From Candidatus Woesearchaeota archaeon (GTDB taxonomy: Archaea > Nanobdellota > Nanobdellia > Pacearchaeales > GW2011-AR1): 44,076 nt of DNA. A model generated the notes under the pieces. The model was given only the letters and a program-made list of their open reading frames with translations. It ran no database searches and was not told where the DNA came from. The position numbers and the translations under genes are program-made. Location of the stretch: NCBI GenBank assembly GCA_964358615.1, contig CAYHOV010000002.1, positions 1 through 44,076 on the forward strand, written 5' to 3'. The first letter of the stretch is position 1. The number at the start of each line of letters is the position of its first letter. Below are positions 17,251-27,700 of this stretch, one piece after another.

Positions 17251-18131
17251 AAAAAAAATTATTTTTAAAAATCCTCTATGCTCCCTTTTGGTTAATTGGA
17301 AAGGTCGTCTGGCTCGTCGGAAAAGGCCTCTGGTTACTTGCTAAAGGAATTTATTCTGCATCAAAATACACATTCACAAAAGCCAGCGAATATCGTAAAA
17401 AAAATAAAATAAGAAAATCCAAGCCCCAATCTCCTCCGAGTCAGATAGAATTAAAAGAACTCAAGACTATTAAAGGAAATTTTGAAGAATTCCTCAAGAC
17501 ACTATATTCAAAAGGAAAAATAGGCATAATCCTCGGTGGCCGAGGCACAGGCAAATCTGTTCTTGGCATGAGAATTTTAGAAAATGTTGCTTCATCCGAA
17601 AATCCTTCCAATTCATCCGTTAGGATTTTTGGAAACAGAAAACCGCAGTTTTCTGTTAAAACCAAAGTCTATGCCATGGGCTTCGATGAATCAAAATTTC
17701 CAGAATGGATAACTCCAATCAACGATATAAAAGAGATAAAAAACGATTCCCTGGTCTTAATCGACGAATCCGGAATAACATTTTCATCTCGCGACGCCAT
17801 GAGCAGCTCCAATAAATTACTTTCAGAACTTCTGCTGATTACACGCCATAAAAACATTTCAGCACTGTTCATAGCACAAAATTCATCGAACATAGAAATA
17901 AATATCCTCAGGCAAGCAGATTATCTCCTGCTCAAACCGCACTCCCTGCTTCAGCTAGACTTTGAAAGAAAAATAATAAAATCCGTCTACGAAAAAATAT
18001 CAGCCCAATTCTCCAAATTCAAGGAAAGAGGCACAACTTACATTCACTCCAATGACTTCCAAGGTTTTATCTCCAACGAACTTCCAAGCTTCTGGTCCGA
18101 AGGATTAAGCAAGAGTTTCTCGAGTAAATAA
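17247..18131 (+). CDS. Membrane-anchored P-loop NTPase, Zot/pI-like
   Basis: N-terminal hydrophobic helix, Walker A GGRGTGKS, Walker B LVLIDESG, then ITRHKNISALFIAQNSSNIE resembling the Zot-family RH..D.i.i.Q block. ATGA overlap with rnz. Confidence 0.55.
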   Translation: MKKKLFLKILYAPFWLIGKVVWLVGKGLWLLAKGIYSASKYTFTKASEYRKKNKIRKSKPQSPPSQIELKELKTIKGNFEEFLKTLYSKGKIGIILGGRGTGKSVLGMRILENVASSENPSNSSVRIFGNRKPQFSVKTKVYAMGFDESKFPEWITPINDIKEIKNDSLVLIDESGITFSSRDAMSSSNKLLSELLLITRHKNISALFIAQNSSNIEINILRQADYLLLKPHSLLQLDFERKIIKSVYEKISAQFSKFKERGTTYIHSNDFQGFISNELPSFWSEGLSKSFSSK

Positions 18132-18243
18132 ATCACTTAATAACTCATTAAATATGGGATTAATTAGATAAAAAAATAAAAAGTTCCAACTAACCATAAA
18201 CACTAAAAACTCTGTGCCGTGCGAAAACAAAACCGGACAACGC

Positions 18244-18486
18244 TTACTCTTTTATGCTTGAAGGAGATATAAAAATAATCGTATCTCCCCTCAAAAAAGT
18301 AAGGCCGTAGTTTCTTGTCTGTTCACCGTTCTCTAGCTCTTTCGCATTGTCGACCACAATATTGATGTGGATGTCAAACGCCAAGAGCTTCCCTACCATT
18401 TGCTTTCCGCTTTTCAGCTGGATAAGGACTTCTTTTCCTTTTGCTGCATTTAGCAAGTCCAACGGTCTCTCTATGCCATTAACCAT
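18244..18486 (-). CDS. Sm-like (LSm) archaeal protein
   Basis: Sm1 motif GKLLAFDIHINIVVDNAKE and Sm2 motif TFLRGDTIIFISP. Confidence 0.85.
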   Translation of the reverse strand: MVNGIERPLDLLNAAKGKEVLIQLKSGKQMVGKLLAFDIHINIVVDNAKELENGEQTRNYGLTFLRGDTIIFISPSSIKE

Positions 18487-18586
18487 TCTCTAACTTAAGA
18501 AAAACACTTTTTAAACCTTATTCTGATTTTGTTGTCTTTTTCCGAGGTAAAAAATTTAAAAAACTACTCAGCCCGAGTATCATAAA

Positions 18587-18762
18587 GACCCTCTTGCGTA
18601 CCGCACCTTAAAAGAGGTAGTTTGTTCGAACAATTCGCTTTTGATATTATTCTTGATTTGTGAAAATCAAAAAGCAAATTGTGAGTAGTCGGATTTTTGG
18701 AGGACAGGAAAAAATCAGCATAACAAACCGCAGTCTAAAGACTGCGGATTTTTTCCTGTATT
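18587..18762 (+). ncRNA. Candidate structured sRNA, copy A of an intergenic element family
   Basis: TATA-like AAATTTAAAAAA at 18552-63. Core at 18704-18759: outer stem ACAGGAAAAAAT/ATTTTTTCCTGT enclosing hairpin CCGCAGTC-TAAA-GACTGCGG, followed by a T-run. About 90 percent identical to copy C across the core. Confidence 0.4.
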
Positions 18763-18922
18763 AACAATAATAAGAGGTAAAAACCTAACAAAACTCACTG
18801 CAAACCGGTTAAGTTATCATTAATTAATAGTCCGCGTTACCAGACGACTATTAAGGGGAACAAAATGCAGATTATATTTTCAAAAAATAATTCTAAAAAA
18901 TTATAGAGAATTCCATTCAAGA

Positions 18923-18959
18923 TAAAAAAAGAAAAAAGAAAAAAGAAAAAATAAGAAAA
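18923..18959 (-). terminator. Oligo-T tract terminator (minus strand TTTTCTTATTTTTTCTTTTTTCTTTTTTCTTTTTTT)
   Basis: Lies immediately after the stop of the 199-aa gene. Archaeal termination typically uses T-runs. Confidence 0.5.
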
Positions 18960-18960
18960 T

Positions 18961-19560
18961 TTAAATTGCAGTTGCAGTAGCCGTGATAAGATCGCCTTTT
19001 GCACCAGGAACCGCATCTGAAGGAATTACTATTCTAAAGTCAATTCTTAACTTGTCTTTTGTATTGTTATATACAAAATCGTTACAGATATTTAGATCTG
19101 CTGTCGTATTTACAGGATAAAATGATCCTTCAGTAACATTGACAACAGTACAGCTTCCAGCTTCAGCATTTGTGAAGTTCCATTGATATTCAGGATTAGT
19201 TCCGCCGATGAATTCAGCTGCAGTTTTTCCAGCTTTGAAGGCTAAAGTAACATTAGTATTGCCAATGTTCTCTAGGGTCAAACCCGTATTGTTTGCACTC
19301 CAATTTCCACCTGTTACAGTTCCGCTAGCAGTATTAATTGTAGCATTTGCTTGTCCATAAGCTACCTGCCCAGAACCAAAGTTGAGGTTGTCTATCGTAA
19401 AATTAATCGCAGTCAATGATTCTATAGTTAAATTCACAGTCGCTGTATCTGTTGCATAACCTGTTATTGTCCCGACTCTATCAAGACTGACGAACATGTT
19501 AAAAACAGCTACAATCACTGCAATGATTCCTAAAAGAAGTATAAAGTTATTACTCTCCAT
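18961..19560 (-). CDS. Membrane-anchored/secreted beta-rich protein (199 aa), possible fibre or pilin-like subunit
   Basis: N-terminal hydrophobic helix (FILLLGIIAVIVAVFNMFV), then a T/N/G-rich beta-type sequence ending in RIDFRIVIPSDAVPGAKGDLITATATA. 11-nt overlap with the upstream 69-aa gene. Confidence 0.6.
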   Translation of the reverse strand: MESNNFILLLGIIAVIVAVFNMFVSLDRVGTITGYATDTATVNLTIESLTAINFTIDNLNFGSGQVAYGQANATINTASGTVTGGNWSANNTGLTLENIGNTNVTLAFKAGKTAAEFIGGTNPEYQWNFTNAEAGSCTVVNVTEGSFYPVNTTADLNICNDFVYNNTKDKLRIDFRIVIPSDAVPGAKGDLITATATAI

Positions 19561-19759
19561 ACCACCATACCTCTTGAGAATCCTGTGCCTGCGGATATAC
19601 GATCAAACCAATAGTTCCTGCGCCCATATCTCCGCCCCAGGCTTTCGCCTTAGTCGATTGTAGATCATTGACATTCAACGTCAAAGTCACTGCAATCGAT
19701 ACAACGGATAATACTATAGCGATTACTAACAAGAAAACAATTGTTTTATCTGATACCAT
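19550..19759 (-). CDS. Small membrane-anchored protein (69 aa)
   Basis: N-terminal TM helix (IVFLLVIAIVLSVVSIAVTLTL). Overlaps the next gene. A TATA-like box lies about 20-28 nt upstream. Confidence 0.5.
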   Translation of the reverse strand: MVSDKTIVFLLVIAIVLSVVSIAVTLTLNVNDLQSTKAKAWGGDMGAGTIGLIVYPQAQDSQEVWWYGE

Positions 19760-19844
19760 CTCTTTTGTTTTTTTATAAAATTTAGTTAATTATAGATATA
19801 TATTCTCCTTTATAAATATTTGTTTTTCTCGAGGACATCAAAAA

Positions 19845-20036
19845 AACAATGGGGCACCGCACCATAAATGGTGCGGTTTGTAAAGCCCCTTGTTTTTGGA
19901 AAAAATTTCACTCTTGTTATCTTTATTTTTTTATTCTCAAGAGTAAAATTTTTTGAGACAGAAAACGGGAAGTTGCGAAGGCAACTTCCGCAGCCTAAAG
20001 GCTGCAGTTTAAGACCGTTTTCTGTATTATTTTTTC
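19845..20036 (+). ncRNA. Candidate structured sRNA, copy B of the element family
   Basis: TATA-like CTTTATAAATA at 19808-18. 5' module at 19851-19889: GGGGC[ACCGCACCA-TAAA-TGGTGCGGT]TTGTAAAGCCCC. Core at 19958-20025: outer stem ACAGAAAACGG/CCGTTTTCTGT enclosing hairpins GAAGTTGC-GAAG-GCAACTTC and GCAGCC-TAAA-GGCTGC, followed by a T-run. Confidence 0.4.
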
Positions 20037-21253
20037 CTTCTAGCCACTAGTCTTCTCCAGAAAACAAACCACAGAACATTAATTAATATTAGTATGATTA
20101 CAAATATCAGAATTACTTCTTTTATACTGATTGTAGAACCACTTTTAGCAGAACCAATGACATAACCCACTCCCTGAATATCCATATTATTTTGAGTAAT
20201 CTTCAATACTAAGTCCCTATCAGTACTTTTTTTATCATATTTTACTAAAAGTTTTCCACGATATTCTCCCTCTTGCACGCCCATAGTATCCCAGAAAGCG
20301 ATTAGCTCTTTTTTGCTTAATGCAGGCACACTTTCAGTGGCAGATTTTATATCAGCCACAGAATGTTCTTTATCGTCATAAACAAGAAGATTCGCAAACA
20401 CTGTCTTAAATTCCTCATCCCACTTATTTTCAACAGAAATACTTAGCTTAACAATTTCTCCCAATCTAAAGTCGTTGACAAATATCCTATCTATTGCTAA
20501 ACTCTCTTTTCCAAGTTCAAATTCTTTTTCAAAATCCTTGCTCTCTCCGTCATAAAATACTCTGACTTTGGCCAAATAATTTCCAGGAGTAGCATTCACA
20601 AACCATTTCGCAACAAGTTCTGCCCTGGCTCCTGCGATTACCGAAGAAGAATCACTTTCAATGCTCGCAATTTTTTCATTCTTCAGATTATAGATATCAA
20701 TTGTCGCTTTTGCGTCGTTAATTCCAAGCTTGCCTCTATTAATAATAGGAACTACAAATGTTGCTGTAGAATTCTGCTCTGCATTTACAACACTTAAGTC
20801 AATATCAATGCACTTTCCAGGACAAGGCACGTAAACAAATAATTGCGAGACAACCGCAACAGTTGCTCCGACAAAAGTTCCAGATTCTTCATCTGTTTTT
20901 GGGATCTCCATTACTACAATTTCAGCAACATGTAAACCCGGCTCTTTAGCAAGCCTATCAGGAAGTTTTATTTTATATTTCAACTGTTTTCTTTCCTCAT
21001 CAAAATTAAATTCCATCAAGTTCCTCGACAGAATTATAGAATCATTTAATTCACCCTGGACATAGATACTGGTTTTCATATCTTTATTCTTATTATTGAG
21101 AACATCGAGTGTGATCTCCTGCTCCTGTCCTCCTTTGTAATCAAGACTAATTCTGCCAGGAGTAATTCCTAAAGCAGAAATAAGAGAGATATTTGCTAGG
21201 ATTAAAAATACAAAGACAGATACTGCTGCTAAAAATCTATACTTTTTATCCAT
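20027..21253 (-). CDS. Surface protein with signal peptide, tandem beta-sandwich (CARDB/NEW3-like) domains and a C-terminal TM anchor
   Basis: The start is moved to MDKKYRFLAAVSVFVFLILANISLISALG, with GGAGG a few nt upstream. C-terminal anchor VILIFVIILILINVLWFVFWRRLVARRKK. 8-nt overlap with the upstream gene. Confidence 0.65.
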   Translation of the reverse strand: MDKKYRFLAAVSVFVFLILANISLISALGITPGRISLDYKGGQEQEITLDVLNNKNKDMKTSIYVQGELNDSIILSRNLMEFNFDEERKQLKYKIKLPDRLAKEPGLHVAEIVVMEIPKTDEESGTFVGATVAVVSQLFVYVPCPGKCIDIDLSVVNAEQNSTATFVVPIINRGKLGINDAKATIDIYNLKNEKIASIESDSSSVIAGARAELVAKWFVNATPGNYLAKVRVFYDGESKDFEKEFELGKESLAIDRIFVNDFRLGEIVKLSISVENKWDEEFKTVFANLLVYDDKEHSVADIKSATESVPALSKKELIAFWDTMGVQEGEYRGKLLVKYDKKSTDRDLVLKITQNNMDIQGVGYVIGSAKSGSTISIKEVILIFVIILILINVLWFVFWRRLVARRKK

Positions 21254-21716
21254 TCTGCCTCCCGACGTATTTTCCTTCATCTTCGATTGTTTGAGTTTCG
21301 TTTGGGTCAAGCACAATATGTCCCGCCAAAATACCGCCTTTATCTCTTGTGATATTTACTCTAACATTCCCCATATTTACAAGTTCTGTATCATTATTCT
21401 CCCTTTCTATATTCAACCCGACCTCACTGTCGACGCTAAATCTATTTTCAAAACCCTCGAGCAAATTATTTCTCGCTTTCCAATAATAAACTCCGGGTGC
21501 TAATCTTAAAGACAGATTTTCCTTGATCTCGACATATTTTGCATCTGAAAAATCCGGACTCTGAGAAATCACAATAATCTTTGTGTTACTCGAATTAAAA
21601 TTCACAACACTGCCCAAAACATTTACCGAAATCCGAGGATAAGAAGCAAACACAAACAGCAGAATTCCAAATATTAAGATCGCCTGCACAATCACAATTA
21701 TTTTTGTAGTTACCAT
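21246..21716 (-). CDS. Membrane-anchored small protein (156 aa)
   Basis: N-terminal TM helix (IIVIVQAILIFGILLFVFA). Its ATG directly abuts the giant gene stop (TAAATG). Confidence 0.55.
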   Translation of the reverse strand: MVTTKIIVIVQAILIFGILLFVFASYPRISVNVLGSVVNFNSSNTKIIVISQSPDFSDAKYVEIKENLSLRLAPGVYYWKARNNLLEGFENRFSVDSEVGLNIERENNDTELVNMGNVRVNITRDKGGILAGHIVLDPNETQTIEDEGKYVGRQNG

Positions 21717-24700
21717 TTAATCAATTCCAGTATAAGGTTCCCCCAAACTTCCTGTAAAGACTACTGTTGAAAGTTTATTTCCAGCAGGTTCATCTGCAGG
21801 AATTTTTACAAGCAGATCAACAGAGACATTATTGCAACCAGATTGATAACCCGACGTAAAATTCATACGATTTATTGCCCTCGCAGTCAACAACGGAGCA
21901 TCATTCCACGAGACCAATGTTCCCGAATCTACAAAACATCCTGAAGTAGTATTTCTTATCTTAAATTGGAAATAACTGCTAGGATTTGAAGCAGAAGAAA
22001 ATAAGTTAGTAAAATTTACAGAAATATTTGTCTGAACATTACCATCATTCTGCAATACAAAAGGCCGAGGGTCATCTAAGGAGGTATTTTTGCTCTCAGA
22101 TAAATTCATATTCTCAAACAAAATATAATCCGTAGGAAGGCTTATAACAATATTTGATTGTATTGAAATATTTCTCGGAACAGCCCATACTCCATAAACT
22201 TGGCCATCATTCGCCCTCGCAGTCCAATTATAATAATAACCATTATCAATTAAATACTCTAGATAAGCAGGCACAGTGTAGTTCGTAGACGAATTAATAG
22301 TATTGTTTTCATAATATCTATTTCCAAGAGAGCAGGTCCCGCCTCCACTATACAAGCAAGTCAAATTTAATTCATAGCTCAAAGCATCACCATCATCGTC
22401 GCTGCCGCTATAATAAAATGTCGGCGTTCTATTTGTCGTAATATTTCCATCATTTGGAGAAATTAGCGTTACTGTCGGAGGAGTATTTAATATTGTCAGG
22501 TTCCCGCTAAAACCAAAACTCGAATAATCAAGGCCATCAAACAACCTCAGACCGCAGCTCCAATTCTCCCCTTTTGTAGTATTCGCATCATCAAGAACAG
22601 CGATAAACAAACTTCCATTTGCATAACTATTATTATAATCCATCGTCAAATTCAAAGTTCCATTATTATACCATCTGACTGTAACATTCATCTTGTTGAG
22701 ATCTACATCAGTGATATTTGCAAAACAATTCAGATCAGCTTTTGTCCTGTTGCTTCCATCTGTTGAATTTATCGTCACTGCAGGAGTATTTGGTGCGGTA
22801 TTTCCTGCGATTATATCTAATGTTCTTATGTCTGTCATATTCTCTCGAGCATTTGTATCTTTAACATAGGAATAATAAGTATAATCTCCTAAACTTAAAT
22901 TACTTTTATTGACGCTAAACTGCCATTGATCAACATCTGTCCTATGTAAAGAAGAAGAATATAACATCCGGATTTCATCATCTGTCAAGCTTCTATTCCA
23001 AATTCTTAATTCGTCCAAACTTCCATTTATTCCAGCTCCGCCAGTGCCTCCGCCAATATTAAGATTACCCAATGAAGAATTGACAACTCCGGTAAAATTA
23101 TCAGAAGTTCCTTCTACGCCATTCATGAATATCCTCAGGTCAGTTCCATTGTAAGTAGCAACTACATAATTCCAACTATTAAGCGGAACCGCAGAGAAAT
23201 AAGCTTTGTTATTGATATAATGATTGACATAGAAATTTAAAGTACCATCCTCAAAAAAGAAAAGCCCATAGCCATCAGTCCAACTATATACAGAAGTCTT
23301 CATAGCTAAAATACCATACTGAGTAGTAGATCCTACCTTAAACCAAGTAGCCAAAGTCATTTCTCTGCTGATATTCAGCGAAGGAGAATTAGAGATATTA
23401 AAATAAGGGCCGGTATTAACCGAACCAAAGCTATACGCTCCTCGATAATGTCCTCCAGAAATATCAAACGAAATATTACCCGTAGCTGTTGCATCATTAT
23501 TATATTTACTCAAATCTTTTACATAAGTGCTATTCTCACCTAAACTTGAAATATTATCAAAATCCATCATCAGCGCAAGACTCTCGTCGAATAAAGTATA
23601 GTTTGTAGAATTCCAATTGAATATAAATTTATCAATCCCCATTTCAGTTATAGAAACATTGAATATGAAAGATCTATTTGACGTCGTTGTTCCATTTGCG
23701 GGCGTCGGATCACTAAATGAAATAAGGGGATAAGCAGTATCAACAAAAATTCTTCGCGTTTCAGTAGAATTATAATTTCCAAGATTATCATAGGCATCTG
23801 CACTCAGCAGATAAACTCCGTCGCTAAGCCCGCTAAAATTTATAAATAATGGCGAGCTTGTCGAGTTGCTCCAATTTACAAGACTGCCAGTTGAATTGTA
23901 AAGATAAATACTTACATTTTTCAAACTCGACTCAATCGCAGTCACATTCGCTAAAATATAATTTCTATAGACAAAACCAGCACTATCTGTAGGAGTTACA
24001 AAATCTATTTGAGGCGGAGTGAGATCCCGGATAAACCAACGAGTCTCAGTAGTATTTTCATTACCTAAAGAATCTTTTGCCGACGAGAAATAATTATATA
24101 TTCCCTCGTCCAATCCGCTAGTTAAATTTTTAGTCTGATTCACTTGAAGATACCATTGGCTATTATTATATTTTTCCAAATTCATTTGATAATTTTGAAC
24201 AACTTCGTCTTCACTCAAACTTCTATTCCAGATCCTTACTTCATCAATCATTCCGTCCCACCATCCACCAGGCCAATCACCAAGATTTCCTCCAATCCTT
24301 ATGCTGCCAGTATTGGGAATATTTCCAGAATAAGCAGCATCTGTTCCTTTTTTGCCGTTGACATAGATTCTAAGTGTAGTCCCATTGTAAACTCCGACGA
24401 CCTGAGCCCATTCACCAGTATTGATTCCAGCAGATGCTTTCGGACTTCCACTTGAACCGACGTAAAAATATATAGCATCAGCCCAATAAAATCCCCAGCC
24501 ATTCCCCCAACCACTATCAGCATCTCTTCCAATTATAGTCTTATAGACGCTAAAACTATTAGCATAGACCCATGAAGAAACAGTCATCGCAGTCCCGTTA
24601 GTATTATTTACCGAACCTAAATTAATATAGTCTCCATTTCCGTCGAACTCGATCGCTCCGCCGTATTTTCCGCTCTTAGTTGGCTTTGCATTGATGATAG

Positions 24701-27700
24701 TTCCATTCGTCGAGCTAGCTACGTCAACAGCATAGGTCGAATTTTCACCGATAGCAGAATTATTATTGAAATTGAACATTGTCTTCAATGTCGAATCAAA
24801 AATTGTATAGTTCGTCCCATTCCAATTATATTTTACTTCTGCTAAATTTGCTTCTGTTATTGAGACATTAATTTGTACAGTGGTATTTGTCATCGCTGTA
24901 CCATTGGCCGGCGTAGGATCTACAAAATTTATTCCAGGAGGAGTCCCATCTCCTGCTTCTCCATTTAAAGTGATGCTGTTTGTCAATAATTTTGGCGGGA
25001 ATGGCCCGATAGCAGTAGTGAGATTCACCATATACTGGACATAATTTCTAGGCAATAGGCTAGAGATATCAGAATAAGTATTGTTTTTCACGACAATATC
25101 CCACCCGCTTTTATCTGAACAATCAGAAGTTGTACAAGATCTGATAGCGATGCTGATATTATTTATTGTACTATTAAAATCCGCGTCCCAGGAAATATTT
25201 TTCCATGCAACAGCAGTTCCCATATTTTTTACATTCGAATGATAATAACCTTCATACATTGAATTAGTTATAAAAATAAAATGAGAGGTCTGATTAAATT
25301 CTGCTTCAGAGTAATTTCCTAAATTCCAGCCGCTGAAACTGTAATTTGAATCTGCAAATCCGCATGCTCCAGAACTATCGCATGCTCTACAATTCCAGAT
25401 ATATTCAGAATCCTTTACAGAATAATTGCCGACGACATTTTTCATATCAAAACTAAAATTACTCGAGTTGGAAGTTCCTGAAATATTTTTTGTTTCATTC
25501 AAATACCAAGAACCGCCGATATTTGTATACAGAGAAATATTTACAAGATTATTAGTTGAATTAACAGAGCAATTGAGCGTGACATTTCCTAAAAGATTGA
25601 TGGTATGATTGTTATTCTGCGGATAATTTAAAGTCACATTAATTCCAATGACTTCGATAATTTCTTGACTTATTGTCACATTCCACGTCGAAGTCATATT
25701 GCCCACATTCATTCCCGCAGTCAGATTTGCAAAAACAAAAAACTCATAACTATCATTAATGTTTCCTGTAGCATTCACAAAAAAAGTCACAAGCCGTGAT
25801 TCTCCATTGTTCAAAGTAAGATTATATGGATTTTGTGTAATTGTATAAAATGGGGTTTCAGAAGAATTCATTGAAATCAATCCCTTGACAAATACTTGTT
25901 TTATTATTACATAACCGTCTCCTAAATTTATTCCAGATAAATTTGTCTGATTAGCTCCAGTATTATACGAGCCTGCTCCTCCCCCTTGTCCATGGCCAGC
26001 CCATCCTCCTCCGCCGCCTCCTGAATATCCTCCGCCGCCCCCTGCTCCGACATAAGTTCCTGCTCCTCCTCCAAATCCTCCGTCATGCCCACCATTATCT
26101 CCTGCTCCTCCTGCTCCTCCTTCTAAAAAACGTTTTCCTCCACGAGAACTACTGCCGCCGTTAGTTAACCAACCAGCTCCTCCTCCACTATAAACGCCCG
26201 CACCGCCTCCGCTTCCATTAAGACTGCCGACGCCAAACTGGCTGACTGTCCCATTCATTCCCTGAGTAGTATTTTGACCATCTGCATCACTTGTCGTCGA
26301 GTAATCGCCTCCGCCTCCGCCGCCTCCGGCGATGATCAATGGATTATTATTTTTTACTACAAAAGTTCCACCACCCCCGCCAACGCCTCTTGTACCTCCA
26401 GTATTGTTTGTTCCAGCTTGTCCGACTAATATTTGAAGTACTTCCCCCTGGACTAAATAAAAATAACCTTGTATTCTTGCACCTTTTCCTCCGGGATATT
26501 GCGGAGGATTTCTAGCACCTTCAGCTCCATAGACATCAATAAAATAAGTTCCATTTGCAGGAACAGTCCAATTTTGTATTCCATTGCTTACGTCGACAAG
26601 TCCGGATAAAGTTGTCCCAGAATAATTAGAATTGCATAAAGTTTGATTTGGTCCAAGTCTTCCGGATTTATTACAGGTCGTAAATCTATATTCTGTAAAA
26701 TTTGTAGGATCAAGACTTACATTTATCTCTCCGCAATTTCCACCAGAACAAGAAACATTTAAAGTCACATTAAATAGTTTATATCGCGAAACATTTACAT
26801 TTGTCGTCGGATAGATCAAATCCAATCCAATTCTGAGAGAAGTTAAAGTAAAAGTTACATTCGTAGAATTCTCATTTCCACGCGAATCATTACAATATAC
26901 TGTCCAAGTATTTGAACCTTCAACACTATACGCATTTGTAAAATTAGTCCCCATTGCAACAGCACTCGAGTTTGTCAATCCTCCGTCGATAGAATACCAG
27001 CAATAAGCTTTATTCAATTCAATAAAAGTATAATTTAATTCGCTGATGTTATAATAATAGATAGTATTCTGCGGATAGATTATATTCATCGCAGGATAAA
27101 TTACGTCAAGTATCTTCAATGGCAAGAAATCCGTGATTCCGCCTGTAGTGTAATTCGTATCGCAGATGCTGTCTCCATCGACATCAGTGCAATTATCTGA
27201 AAATCCCTGCGAAGAAAGATTTGTCCAGAAATTCCCGCCAAGATAACTTCCATTCACAATACTTGTTCCTGCTGTTTTTGTAGTGTTCCAGAAAGAAGCA
27301 GAACTGGTCGCAGAAATTATTTTATTTATAAATCCAATATAATTATTAAATATTCTATTCGAAGTACTCGATGATAATAAGATAGCATAGCCAGTATTAG
27401 AATAAAATGTGTTTGAAGTGATATTATTTAGATCTCCGGTAGCGATATTTAATCCGTCGCCAGTATTAGAACTGATTGTATTAGCAGTAACAATATGACC
27501 TCCATTAGTGACCATAGTTATTCCATTTCCAGCATTTGAACTAATATTATTTCCAGAAATATTGCTGCCTATTCCCGAGACATAAACTCCAGCACTTCGA
27601 CCATTTGAAATATTATTATTAAAGACAACAGGATTATTTCCAGCTAAACTAAGACCATAACCTCCATTTGAGCCAATAGTATTATTATATATAAAAAGTC

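Noticed and set aside
18487-18960. The 470-nt gene-free region as SRP RNA or RNase P RNA
   Set aside because: I could not find the conserved SRP helix-8 or RNase P CR-I/CR-V motifs. The core recurs in three to four copies, which single-copy housekeeping RNAs would not do.
19868-20050. Short ORFs over the structured intergenic elements (19868..20050, 32425..32625, 32619..32870)
   Set aside because: The sequences are dominated by conserved hairpins, and the substitutions preserve RNA pairing rather than any reading frame. The frames are not conserved between copies A, B and C.
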